64,000 nucleotides of DNA from a virus, in IMG/VR virus record IMGVR_UViG_3300036770_001537, one strand, 5' to 3'. Of the stretch, positions 19,100 to 28,515 are shown one piece after another (the stretch's first letter is position 1; every line of letters starts with the position of its first letter). The notes beneath the pieces are model-generated. The model did no database searches and had not been told where the DNA came from. It worked only from the letters and a program-made list of their open reading frames with translations. The position numbers and the translations under genes were made by a program.

Positions 19100-20112
19100 T
19101 ATTCATCACTCGCTATATTTGGATATTCTTCAATTGTTGTAGAGTATCCATAATCATCTTCTGGTTCAGCATCAATTGGATCGGGCTCTACAGTAATCTT
19201 GACAAGTTTTAGTGGTGTAGCGTCAAATGATGCTATCACATAATTAGCATTCGTAGTTACTGCACGAATTGTATTATTCACATTGAAATTTCCTTGAGCA
19301 CCACCAACAACAAGTCTATAGTTAGTATTGCTCCATTCATTCACAAAGCCGTATGCCGTTGCAGTTTCATATGTATTACCTTGATAGATTATATCACCTG
19401 TCTTAAACATACCGTTGCCAGTATTAGCAAGGTTCATTCTAATCACATTACCACGAACAAGTGATGGGTCATTAAAGATATTGGCAATTGCTTTGCGAAT
19501 AATCTTTGGTGTAGAAATTGGTCCAAAGAAATATCCCTTGAGTGTAAAAGTCAGCGTAAAATATACATATCTTACAGAATCATAATTACCCTCATACTGA
19601 ATGTTCTGTGTCACATTATTCAATATGATTGGTATATCTTTGAGAAAACCAAGTTCGGCAACTGGTGTAATAGTAACTGTATAATCTGGATTGAAGTATG
19701 GTAATATCTGCTCCATGATATGATTACCATCATCAATTGTCTTGGCATAGATATTCAGTTCAAAGTTGAAATCATATGGAACGCCCATATAACCTGATGA
19801 TACTCTTGATGCATTATCACCTTTAGCAACTCTTAGTAGAGAGTTCTGTTTCCTAGAAGCATCATATGAGAAATTAGTCAGTTCAAATGACATTCTTGGT
19901 AGTATCAATCCAACATCTTTTAAGAGGTCTGGATCAGTTTCAATTCTGGTTACAAACTTATCTTTGGGACCATATATCAAAGGAACTTTAATTCTCTTGG
20001 TTTCTACATCAGAAGCGTCGTATCTAACAAGGGTAATGTTATCAAACATATTACCCATGATGATTACATATTTTCTAAGTAGTTTGTAATAAAAATGTGC
20101 GTTACTTAACGT
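19099..20112 (-). CDS. gp15: Tail sheath stabiliser/terminator; start extended to a probable ACG at 20112
   Basis: IKVPLIYGPKDKF, LPRMSFEL, EQILPYFNP; in-frame LSNAHFYYKLLRKYV upstream of the ATG at 20058 matches the usual gp15 N-terminus. Confidence 0.9.
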   Translation of the reverse strand, partial: TLSNAHFYYKLLRKYVIIMGNMFDNITLVRYDASDVETKRIKVPLIYGPKDKFVTRIETDPDLLKDVGLILPRMSFELTNFSYDASRKQNSLLRVAKGDNASRVSSGYMGVPYDFNFELNIYAKTIDDGNHIMEQILPYFNPDYTVTITPVAELGFLKDIPIILNNVTQNIQYEGNYDSVRYVYFTLTFTLKGYFFGPISTPKIIRKAIANIFNDPSLVRGNVIRMNLANTGNGMFKTGDIIYQGNTYETATAYGFVNEWSNTNYRLVVGGAQGNFNVNNTIRAVTTNANYVIASFDATPLKLVKITVEPDPIDAEPEDDYGYSTTIEEYPNIASDE

Positions 20113-20156
20113 GACACAGACTCCTGTAATTGGTGTTACTTATAAAACCGGCCGTT

Positions 20157-21029
20157 TCAAGGTTCGCCAAATGGATTTCGCTCACTCAAGTCAATATAAT
20201 TATTGGCTTCAGATTGAATGTCTTTGTTATTGAATAGATCATAATATACATGATCTCCCATAGTATCAACGGTACTAATAGACATAGATGTATTTGATGA
20301 TACGCCTATAACATTACCTTTTGATGCTTCAAAGGTTCCATTTGTTGCGTATAGATACAGTTTATTGTCTATACCATTCCAATCGGAAACTTTGGCTTCG
20401 GAGACTGCATAAGCAAGATTTGCACCTTGATACACGATTTCATCTATGTGATAATCACCTTCACCATTAACAACAAGTTCAATGTTATATGATGACTGCT
20501 TTTCGATCTCATCTATTCTTTCAACACCAGTAGCAATTGTCTCATTGGCATAACGGAAGGCTTCACATCTTAATTCGTAGATATATGGATATGGATATCC
20601 TCTGGTGAAGAATAGTAGCTCTTCTTCAACATACTTGATTTCAAATATTTTATTCATAACAGGAACAAAGAGAAGATCACCTTCTCTTGGTCTTTTAGTT
20701 ACTGTTGTTGGCATATACTTATCAAAAGTTCTTTTGGCTAAAATGATGTTTGTGTTATCACGAATCTCAAGTCCAAACTTGGAGAAGAAATCACCATCAC
20801 CTTCCCAACCTTCAACATTCGCCAGATACATTTCCATTTGATAAGCACGCTCAAATCTTGAGTGAATGTTTTCACCAAAGATAGGATCGTTTTCATCAAA
20901 ATCTTCTCTTGGTAGATAAAAAACATCGTGTCCCATAATCTTGATAGACTCTACAAGAACATCCTCATAGAGTCTGATTTCATTAATCTTTGTTGCTGCG
21001 TAGTTGTGAAAATAATGAGAAACCGCCAA
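20157..21029 (-). CDS. gp14: Neck protein
   Basis: ESIKIMGHDVFYLPRE, FSKFGLEIRD, RPREGDLLF, terminal NPFG. Confidence 0.93.
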   Translation of the reverse strand: MAVSHYFHNYAATKINEIRLYEDVLVESIKIMGHDVFYLPREDFDENDPIFGENIHSRFERAYQMEMYLANVEGWEGDGDFFSKFGLEIRDNTNIILAKRTFDKYMPTTVTKRPREGDLLFVPVMNKIFEIKYVEEELLFFTRGYPYPYIYELRCEAFRYANETIATGVERIDEIEKQSSYNIELVVNGEGDYHIDEIVYQGANLAYAVSEAKVSDWNGIDNKLYLYATNGTFEASKGNVIGVSSNTSMSISTVDTMGDHVYYDLFNNKDIQSEANNYIDLSERNPFGEP

Positions 21030-21033
21030 TTGA

Positions 21034-21720
21034 TTATCCTTTTACTTTTCCTTTTGTCCAATCCTTACCAGGACAATCTTTACTTCTTTTATTTATCTTT
21101 CCATTGTTCCACCAGAAAGTTCCTCTCATCCACTCAGCATTATTTGGTGGTTTGCCTTTCATTGTAGCACTTGTTTTGGCGTTCATTTTCTTTTTGAGTT
21201 CAGGGTCGTGCTTCTTTCCATAAAAACCATTTTTATCACCAGTAAGTTTTTTACCATAGAAATAATTGTTTTTTCCAGAAATCAAATCACTTGCCTTATT
21301 TCTTCGTTCATCGGACCAAGATTCTCGTATTTTTTGTTTGGTTTCCTCTGTTCTTTTCTTGCCTGTGTTAGATTTGACCCTTTTAGCCTTTTCTTCTTCA
21401 GGTTGTTTTCTACCTTTATTTGCCGCCCAAGCGAGTTTTAGTGAAGTATTGGTTGTATATAAATTATAGTATTTTTTACCTAATTCTTCTTCTGATATCA
21501 AAGACAACCATTTATGTTCTTCTGATAGTAGATTATGTTTTTCTATATTTTTGCTCAAGATTCTTCTTTTGAAGTCATTAGGTCTTCTACGATAAGCATC
21601 ACGCATTCTATTAGAAGAACAAATATAACCGTCATTTAATGTTCCCCAATGGCAACCAATATAGTACATCTTACGCTTCTTATCAAACCAGATATAAATA
21701 AAACCTTCTTTTTCCATCAT
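21034..21720 (-). mobile_element. Free-standing GIY-YIG (Seg-like) homing endonuclease with NUMOD3 repeats
   Basis: GFIYIW...YYIGCH...DGYICSS, YYNL, TEETKQKI, NGFYGKKH; inserted between gp13 and gp14. Confidence 0.88.
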
Positions 21721-21755
21721 AACCTCCTATGACAATGGTTATGATTATATTTATA
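21716..21755 (-). promoter_or_regulatory. Late promoter plus RBS-sequestering hairpin for the Seg-like endonuclease
   Basis: TATAAATA (21748-21755), then ATCATAACC...GGTTATGAT, a 9-bp stem covering the end of GGAGG and the ATG. Confidence 0.7.
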
Positions 21756-21768
21756 TAAAACGAGTGTG

Positions 21769-22512
21769 TCACCCTAGATAAAATTGTGGTGGTTCTTCAT
21801 GAGTATCACGAATCAATTGCTCAATCTCTTGAATTTCTTGAATTGCCTCATTGAAAATCTGTTGTCCATTCATCTGGATTCCACCGGGTAACTGCATACC
21901 CTGAAACTTCTTCATATTGTTTCCCCACTGTCTTTTGATATATGCAGTGGTCAGTCTTTTTAGTAGTCTATCGTTCCAAACATCGGTGTAATTATTTGGA
22001 TCTAGGATAATATACCCTTCAATGATAATATATTCACCGGCTTCAATGTCATTATTCCAGTCCCAATCCAAATATAACTTATTGGAATGTCTGTTAAATC
22101 TAATTGGAATCTCACCGGAGAACAACATATCAAGTGTTCTGATGTGTTGCTGAGTTAGGACATAATTCACATATGATGTTGAAGTGAAGTCATATAGTTC
22201 GTGTAATCTAAGTTGGTATCTTAGATCGAACATATTTACAGATGCATTTGTTGATCCTACTGGAAATATTCTAGTTACACCAATAATGTTGTCTGTAATA
22301 GGAATATATTGATTAGTCTTATCCTCAGCCGTGACTTGATGCTTGAGATACCATCTTTCAACAGCATCAAAATGAAAGTCCTGAAAGTATTGTAATGCAG
22401 CATCTACAGCATCATCAACTTGGTCATCATCCACATTAATTTCTAATACAGGATGACCAAGTTGACGAAGACACCAGTCTATATGTTGTTGCCTAGTGGT
22501 AGGTATAGCCAT
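21769..22512 (-). CDS. gp13: Neck protein
   Basis: CLRQLGHPVLEINVDDDQ, IKRQWGNNMKKFQGMQLPGG. Confidence 0.95.
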   Translation of the reverse strand: MAIPTTRQQHIDWCLRQLGHPVLEINVDDDQVDDAVDAALQYFQDFHFDAVERWYLKHQVTAEDKTNQYIPITDNIIGVTRIFPVGSTNASVNMFDLRYQLRLHELYDFTSTSYVNYVLTQQHIRTLDMLFSGEIPIRFNRHSNKLYLDWDWNNDIEAGEYIIIEGYIILDPNNYTDVWNDRLLKRLTTAYIKRQWGNNMKKFQGMQLPGGIQMNGQQIFNEAIQEIQEIEQLIRDTHEEPPQFYLG

Positions 22513-22515
22513 GTA

Positions 22516-22959
22516 TTACCTTTCTGAAGCATCTTTGAAGAATTGATCAATTTCTTCCTCTGAACTACCTGCTTGAGTCATGATAAAAATCAACAGTGGA
22601 TTGCTTCTCATATAAGTATTTGCTGCAAAATCTGTTTCTGCTTTGATTCTATCATCAGCACTCATTTGAGCAAATACCTGTTCTACTATAGAAGGGATAT
22701 CGCCATATTTTGTCATATTTAATGCTTCTTGGTCTGTTATTAGCCCTCTTTCTCTTAATTCGATTGCACATTGACGACGAGTTATTGAAATTGGAATAGT
22801 TGATGTGACAACTGGTTCATAAGGTCCAATTTCAATACCATCACTTATAATTTTATTATATACTGCATTATTAACATTAACCGGAACTTCAGTTGATTTT
22901 CCACTATATGTCAATATGATTTTAGTGTTTTGTTCATTTGCATATTTAGCCGTTTTCAT
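22516..22959 (-). CDS. Putative tail fibre assembly/chaperone-like protein
   Basis: Directly downstream of the repeat fibre; ISITRRQ...EEIDQFF pattern seen in fibre-associated small proteins. Confidence 0.45.
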   Translation of the reverse strand: MKTAKYANEQNTKIILTYSGKSTEVPVNVNNAVYNKIISDGIEIGPYEPVVTSTIPISITRRQCAIELRERGLITDQEALNMTKYGDIPSIVEQVFAQMSADDRIKAETDFAANTYMRSNPLLIFIMTQAGSSEEEIDQFFKDASER

Positions 22960-25657
22960 CTAAAACCTCCGGTAATGAAATATCTGGTTCTGGTTCTGGT
23001 TCTTTCAATGGTTCAAGTATTGGTCTGCCAAATTCGTCAGTCCATTGTGTATCAAGAATGTGTTGATCTTGTCTTTCACCAATGACCATCCAAGAAATTG
23101 TGTCTGTTGAAGATTGGTTCTGTGAGATAATTGTCAAAATGTTGTCGGAAACTGATCCACGAACCAAATCCCAACCTGAATCATTTTGTAGGAATACTTG
23201 AATGTTTCCATTTAGTGCAGAGAAAGTTCCTTCGGTCATACCAACATGAGTGTCTATATTGACTGTTGCTTGACCATTTTCTAGTTGCACTTTGCCACGA
23301 TAGATGTTATCTGCTGTTGGTGCTTCAACGAATGAATGAACGAGATTGTGTGTTTCTGAAAGTTCAGGAAGCGGATGAGAAATCTTGAATGAACCTGATC
23401 CTTTTGACAATGCACCAGATGTATATATGTCTCCTGTAGTATAAACTCCATATGTGGTAGAATATGCTAGACGGCAATATTTATTAGAAACGGAATTGTA
23501 AGCATACACACCAGACCCTGCACTTGCATTAGTTCTTCCATAAACACCCGCTTCAGTGCTATCGGTCTGACCATATACACCATAACTATTTGTTGAGAAT
23601 CCATATGTTCCTATGCCACTGGTGGACGATCCATATACAGCGGTTGTAGTTGATGACACGCCTCTAACACCATAATTAGAATCAGAACTGCCATAAAGCC
23701 CAATACCGCTAGACGATGAGGCAAGTACCCCACCAATAGTATCTCCAACAACATGAAATCTATAAGAAACAGATGGAGAAGTAATATTAACACCAATCCT
23801 ACCATCTCCGGTTATGGTCATTCTATCGGTGCTTGCTGTCAAGAAGTTTATGCTTCTTGATGCAGAACTATGGCCTATATCTAGACCAGTATTGTCCATA
23901 TTAAAAGTTGTATTATAAAAAGAGGTGCTATTTGATGTGAAAACATATTCTGCACTAGTGCCTGCTATGTGTAATTTTCCAGAAGGAGTGGATGTGCCAA
24001 TACCAACATTGCCGGAGGAATCAGCAACTATTCTTCGATTACCTTGGCCATCAGCAATAATCACATGGTTAGATAGAGAAGATGTAAGACCCGTTACATT
24101 TGATCCTACAATTGTATTATAATTGCCAGTTGTTATTCCACGACCAGTATTATGCCCAAGAAATGTGTTAACCGATCCATAAGTATTATCATATCCAGCA
24201 GCGTTACCTACAACAACATTGAAATTGCCAGTTGTTGTATTATAAAGTGTAGCATAACCGAGAGCAATATTTTCTCCGGCTCCAGTAGAAAACCTCAATG
24301 CACCCCATCCAACTGCGATGCTTCTTATACCAGTTGTATTTGAATATAATGCATATGATCCAATAGCAACACTTTCATATCCAGTTGTATTTGAATATAG
24401 TGATTGATATCCAACAGAAGTGTTATTATCTGCCGTGTTAAATCGTAAGGATTCATATCCAACAGCAGTATTGTATTGCCCTATTATATTTTGATAGAGA
24501 GCGTTAAAACCAACAGCAGTATTATAATTTCCTGTTGTATTTGAAAATAGTGCAGCATTCCCAACAGCAGTATTATAGTTTCCTATTGTATTATAATATA
24601 ATGCCTGATAACTAACAGCAGTATTTTGGGTTCCCGTTGTGTTTGAGTATAGTACACTCACACCAACAGCAGTATTGTATTGTCCTGTTGTATTTGATCT
24701 TAGTGCATTAACACCAACAGCAGTATTATATGCTCCTATTGTATTTAAATATAGTGCATTAACACCAACAGCAGTATTTTGGACTCCTGTTGTATTTGAA
24801 TATAATGCACTCATACCAACAGCAACATTGTAATTTCCTGTTGTATTTAAATATAGTGCTCTCCAACCAACAGCAGTATTGTCGATTCCTTCTGTATTTG
24901 TTTGTAATGCAAGCATACCAACAGCAGTATTGCGGACTCCTGTTGTATTATAATATAATGCCGAACGACCAAGGGCAGTATTTTCAAATCCTGTAGTATT
25001 TGAATATAGTGCAGCAACCCCAACAGCAGTAAGACTGGTTCCTATTGTATTTGAATATAGTGCATTCGTACCAACAGCAGTGTTATTGGTTCCTGTTGTG
25101 TTTGAATATAAAGAATCAAACCCAACAGCAGTGTTTTGGATTCCTATTGTATTTAAATATAGTGCCCGATATCCAACAGCAGTATTGCTATCTGCGGTTG
25201 TATTTGAATATAAGGCAAACATACCAACAGCAGTATTGTATTGGCCAATTGTATTTGTAAAAAATGCAGAACGACCAATAGCAGTATTTCTAGTGCCTGT
25301 TGTATTTGAAAATAGTGCTGTACGACCAACAGCCGTATTATAACTTCCTGTTGTGTTTGAATATAATGCTTGATAACCAAGAGCCGTGTTTTCAATACCT
25401 ATCGTGTTTGATCGTAGTGAATCTGAACCAACAGAAGCATTTTGTATTCCTGTTGTATTTAAATACAGTGCTCTCAAGCCAACAGCAGTGTTATGGATTC
25501 CTATTGTATTTGAAAATAAGGAAAGGGCACCAACAGCAGTATTATATTGTCCTGTCGTATTATTCTCTAAAGCATCAGCACCAACGGCAATATTGGTGCT
25601 GGAATAACCAGCACCATCATAATCAAGAACGACATTTCCTTGGATTTTTAAAGCCAT
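22946..25657 (-). CDS. Long tail fibre/adhesin with YadA-head-like beta-roll repeats
   Basis: About 29 copies of NTAVGxxALxxNTxGxx, GNVGIGT fibre motifs, C-terminal KGSGSFKISHP...NIYRG module. Confidence 0.8.
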   Translation of the reverse strand: MALKIQGNVVLDYDGAGYSSTNIAVGADALENNTTGQYNTAVGALSLFSNTIGIHNTAVGLRALYLNTTGIQNASVGSDSLRSNTIGIENTALGYQALYSNTTGSYNTAVGRTALFSNTTGTRNTAIGRSAFFTNTIGQYNTAVGMFALYSNTTADSNTAVGYRALYLNTIGIQNTAVGFDSLYSNTTGTNNTAVGTNALYSNTIGTSLTAVGVAALYSNTTGFENTALGRSALYYNTTGVRNTAVGMLALQTNTEGIDNTAVGWRALYLNTTGNYNVAVGMSALYSNTTGVQNTAVGVNALYLNTIGAYNTAVGVNALRSNTTGQYNTAVGVSVLYSNTTGTQNTAVSYQALYYNTIGNYNTAVGNAALFSNTTGNYNTAVGFNALYQNIIGQYNTAVGYESLRFNTADNNTSVGYQSLYSNTTGYESVAIGSYALYSNTTGIRSIAVGWGALRFSTGAGENIALGYATLYNTTTGNFNVVVGNAAGYDNTYGSVNTFLGHNTGRGITTGNYNTIVGSNVTGLTSSLSNHVIIADGQGNRRIVADSSGNVGIGTSTPSGKLHIAGTSAEYVFTSNSTSFYNTTFNMDNTGLDIGHSSASRSINFLTASTDRMTITGDGRIGVNITSPSVSYRFHVVGDTIGGVLASSSSGIGLYGSSDSNYGVRGVSSTTTAVYGSSTSGIGTYGFSTNSYGVYGQTDSTEAGVYGRTNASAGSGVYAYNSVSNKYCRLAYSTTYGVYTTGDIYTSGALSKGSGSFKISHPLPELSETHNLVHSFVEAPTADNIYRGKVQLENGQATVNIDTHVGMTEGTFSALNGNIQVFLQNDSGWDLVRGSVSDNILTIISQNQSSTDTISWMVIGERQDQHILDTQWTDEFGRPILEPLKEPEPEPDISLPEVLDENG
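24105..25594 (-). repeat. About 29 coding tandem repeats of 51 bp (17 aa)
   Basis: Recurring ccaacagcagt/tgtatttgaa on the + strand with 51-bp period; boundaries approximate. Confidence 0.9.
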
Positions 25658-25669
25658 TTGTACTTACCC

Positions 25670-26359
25670 TTATCTCCTAAGTAATTTAATCCATTGATAG
25701 AAGTTTCCAACCCATCTCTTGGAACCAGAGTGACCACAATTAACAAGTGGATCAATAAACACACGTTCTCCAATACTCTTTACTTTGTCACAGAAAACAA
25801 TATCCTCTGACATCAATTGACCATCAACAACCTTGACTTCAAATACATTCTTAGTTGGTTGTTCTTTATGAGGTTCTTTATATTCTTCAGATGCTTCATA
25901 CACTTTCTTCAAAACATCTTTACGAATCCTCATCATTCCAGTACCAACACCATCAACAGATACCAGACCATTATCTTCAACAATAAAATCACCAAGTAAT
26001 TTTACGTTATACTGTTCAATATCTGATTTCTTTGGAACTGGTGCACCAACAACACCAACATCATGATTTAACATACGAAAGAAATCCTGTGGATTCCAAT
26101 CCTGATCTGTGTCAATGAAAAACAAATCATCAACGTCCAAATCAACTGCCATTTTGACAATATCATTTCTTGCTCTTTGAACCAGAGCATCAAATGACAT
26201 ATAAATTGGAATTACATTGATTCCATTTGCCAGACCAATCTTGCATGTTTCGGCAAGTGCTGCAACGTGCCATACATCCACTTTACCATCATAACATGGT
26301 GAAGCAAGCATAACAGTTCTCATTTTCTGAGTTTCTTGTTCAGTTTTTTCCATAATCAT
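25670..26359 (-). CDS. GT-A fold glycosyltransferase-like protein
   Basis: ASPCY start, LVQRARN, FFIDTD (DxD), GVGTGMMRIRK, SEDIVFC, VNCGH. Confidence 0.75.
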   Translation of the reverse strand: MIMEKTEQETQKMRTVMLASPCYDGKVDVWHVAALAETCKIGLANGINVIPIYMSFDALVQRARNDIVKMAVDLDVDDLFFIDTDQDWNPQDFFRMLNHDVGVVGAPVPKKSDIEQYNVKLLGDFIVEDNGLVSVDGVGTGMMRIRKDVLKKVYEASEEYKEPHKEQPTKNVFEVKVVDGQLMSEDIVFCDKVKSIGERVFIDPLVNCGHSGSKRWVGNFYQWIKLLRR

Positions 26360-26367
26360 TCACCTTT

Positions 26368-26685
26368 TTATTGTAGATCATTAATTGAGAAGTTTGATAC
26401 TCTTTCTTCTGTTGGTGGAGTATTGTGAGCATCATAATGGGCATCAAAGATTGTGTCCATATTAGATGGCATGAAACCAATCAATTCTGCTTTTGTGAAA
26501 TCAGAAGTTGTTTTGTTGAGATATTCAACGTCTTCTGTGTGTGGATATGCACGAGACCATGTTTTACCATCAGCATTTGTATGAGAATATATAACTTCAA
26601 TTTCCCATTGTTTGACAACATTATCTGCTGTACGTACTGTTGGTTGGGCTTTCTTTAGTGTTTTAGTTGTAGAATATTTAGCCAT
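26368..26685 (-). CDS. Hypothetical fibre-cluster protein
   Basis: GGAGG RBS; late promoter at 26728-26735. Confidence 0.6.
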   Translation of the reverse strand: MAKYSTTKTLKKAQPTVRTADNVVKQWEIEVIYSHTNADGKTWSRAYPHTEDVEYLNKTTSDFTKAELIGFMPSNMDTIFDAHYDAHNTPPTEERVSNFSINDLQ

Positions 26686-26719
26686 TTTCGACCTCCTGTG
26701 GATTACTAGGCTGTTTGGG

Positions 26720-27295
26720 TTACTTATTATTTATATCATCAATTTGCTGCTGTAGGTCTTTTACTGCTGCAATCAAGAATGCTATTATTTCTATATAGTT
26801 GACTGTTTTAGTGCCATCAGATTTTGAATGGACGATTGTTGGAAGGATTTGTTCGACTTCTTGTGCGATTAACCCATATGATTTTTGTCCATTATTCTTC
26901 CAAGTAAATTCTTTAGGTTCTAATTGATTAATAGTATTTCTAACATATGGTATGAATAAATCATTGACATTTTCTTTTAATGTTATATCTGATACGTTAT
27001 CAAAATGGATTGCAAATATCGTATTTGAAGAATTTATATTTCCATTGACATCAAGAGGATATGATGCAGAAGATTTATTTATTCCAACATTGCCAGAAGG
27101 AAAATATAAACTGCCTACAAAAGAAACTCCAGAAGTGTTTGGCAGTGCTGAGTTAGCGGTACTAAATGCTGCATTTGTTCCATTATATACAGTACTGGTT
27201 AAAATATCATTTTGAGATAAATTTACAATAATTTGATTAGTTCTTGTTCTCCAAGTATCAAATGTATCAGTCAAGTTAACATTTGCTAATGCCAT
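26720..27295 (-). CDS. Short fibre protein with C-terminal S74 intramolecular chaperone
   Basis: LTDTFDTWRTRTN anchor; SDITLKENV...YGLIAQEVEQILP...VNY...LIAAVKDL. Confidence 0.8.
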   Translation of the reverse strand: MALANVNLTDTFDTWRTRTNQIIVNLSQNDILTSTVYNGTNAAFSTANSALPNTSGVSFVGSLYFPSGNVGINKSSASYPLDVNGNINSSNTIFAIHFDNVSDITLKENVNDLFIPYVRNTINQLEPKEFTWKNNGQKSYGLIAQEVEQILPTIVHSKSDGTKTVNYIEIIAFLIAAVKDLQQQIDDINNK

Positions 27296-27505
27296 TTAAG
27301 AGGATTCCTTTGATTTATTATTTATTGTATTTATAACATCAATTTCTTGACGCAAACTTTTTACTTCTGCAATTAGAAATGCTATTATTTCTATATAGTT
27401 AACTGTTTTAGTTCCATCCGACTTGGTGTGAACTATTGTTGGAAGGATTTGTTCGACTTCTTGTGCGATTAACCCATATGATTTTTGTCCATTATTCTTC
27501 CAAGT
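26781..27505. repeat. Direct repeat, 600-bp offset (26781-26905 vs 27381-27505), between the two S74 genes
   Basis: About 70 bp identical core (attgttggaagg...ttcttccaagt); flanks differ mostly at synonymous sites. Confidence 0.9.
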
Positions 27506-28066
27506 GAATGATACTGGATTCAGTTGATTTAAAGTTTTGGTTATATTGTCTAGAGGTAGTACATTATCCTTCAGAGATATATCCGATACGTTATCAAAAT
27601 GAACTGCAAATACCGTATTTGATGAGTTTATATTTCCATTAACATCAAGTGGATATGATGCAGAATTGTTTCCTATAGCAATATTGCCTGTTGGAAAGAA
27701 TAAATCACCAGAGAAAGAGACTCCAGAAGTATTAGGAAGTGCAGAATTTGCTTTATCATATGCAGGAGCAATATTTGCACTTATTGTTATCGTATCATTA
27801 ATATCATCAGCAGAAATATAAATATTATTTCCAGAAATCAAAGTCAATATTGCTTCAGATGTTCCAGCAACGACCAATGTTCCATTAGCATTTACAGTAC
27901 CAAATGCATTTCCACCAGTAGTATTAAAAGGAAGAATTGTGCCATTAGCATTTTTATAAAACAATTTACCATCAGCATAGTTGATTGCCAACTCGCCATT
28001 TGCCAGTATAGTTGGTTCTGCTGATGGAGTAGATGATTTCTTTAGTGAAATTACTGTGTTAGACAT
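27296..28066 (-). CDS. Short fibre protein with gp34-like N-terminus and S74 chaperone
   Basis: LKKSS...P..LANGELAINYADGKLFYK; SDISLKDNV...YGLIAQEVE. Confidence 0.8.
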   Translation of the reverse strand: MSNTVISLKKSSTPSAEPTILANGELAINYADGKLFYKNANGTILPFNTTGGNAFGTVNANGTLVVAGTSEAILTLISGNNIYISADDINDTITISANIAPAYDKANSALPNTSGVSFSGDLFFPTGNIAIGNNSASYPLDVNGNINSSNTVFAVHFDNVSDISLKDNVLPLDNITKTLNQLNPVSFTWKNNGQKSYGLIAQEVEQILPTIVHTKSDGTKTVNYIEIIAFLIAEVKSLRQEIDVINTINNKSKESS

Positions 28067-28503
28067 TAAAAGTCATTTACCGTTTCTAATGGTGTTTCTA
28101 GAACTTCTTCTTTAATTTCTTTTTTCTTCTTTGGTTTTCCGGTAGTGATTTCTATAATCTGATTCTGTAATTTTTGAATTTCTTCATCCTTGGAAGAAAT
28201 CTTCAGTTTCATTTGCCCCATTTGATTCATTAGAGTGTCCATATGAGACAGTTTATTTTTCATAGCATTATAAGAATCTTCCATAATTTTAGCATCATCT
28301 AAAGTTTTTTTACTGTTTTCGTTGATGCTTTTTTGATTCTCAAGTTCTGCTTGAATTTCTAAGATTTTTTGTTCTCTGTCAGCGACCAAATCAGAAGCAA
28401 CTTTTAACTGTGCTTGTGATTGAATATATTTAATATTCAGTTCATTAATAGTCGCCACACAAGTATCGATGTAAGCATTTACATATCTATTAGCATCACT
28501 CAT
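28066..28503 (-). CDS. Coiled-coil hypothetical protein
   Basis: Heptad-rich; YVNAYID N-terminus; within the fibre cluster. Confidence 0.6.
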   Translation of the reverse strand: MSDANRYVNAYIDTCVATINELNIKYIQSQAQLKVASDLVADREQKILEIQAELENQKSINENSKKTLDDAKIMEDSYNAMKNKLSHMDTLMNQMGQMKLKISSKDEEIQKLQNQIIEITTGKPKKKKEIKEEVLETPLETVNDF

Positions 28504-28515
28504 AATATTTCTCCG

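Noticed and set aside
3494-21720. Group I introns housing the GIY-YIG genes
   Set aside because: Flanking genes (gp21/22, gp16, gp13/14) are complete and the gaps are too short for an intron core.
24105-25594. CRISPR array suggested by regularly spaced repeats
   Set aside because: The period is 51 bp in frame inside a 903-aa ORF, the units are degenerate, there are no unique spacers and no cas genes.
26781-27505. DGR template/variable repeat pair
   Set aside because: No reverse transcriptase in the window, both copies are coding, and the differences are mostly synonymous rather than adenine-specific.
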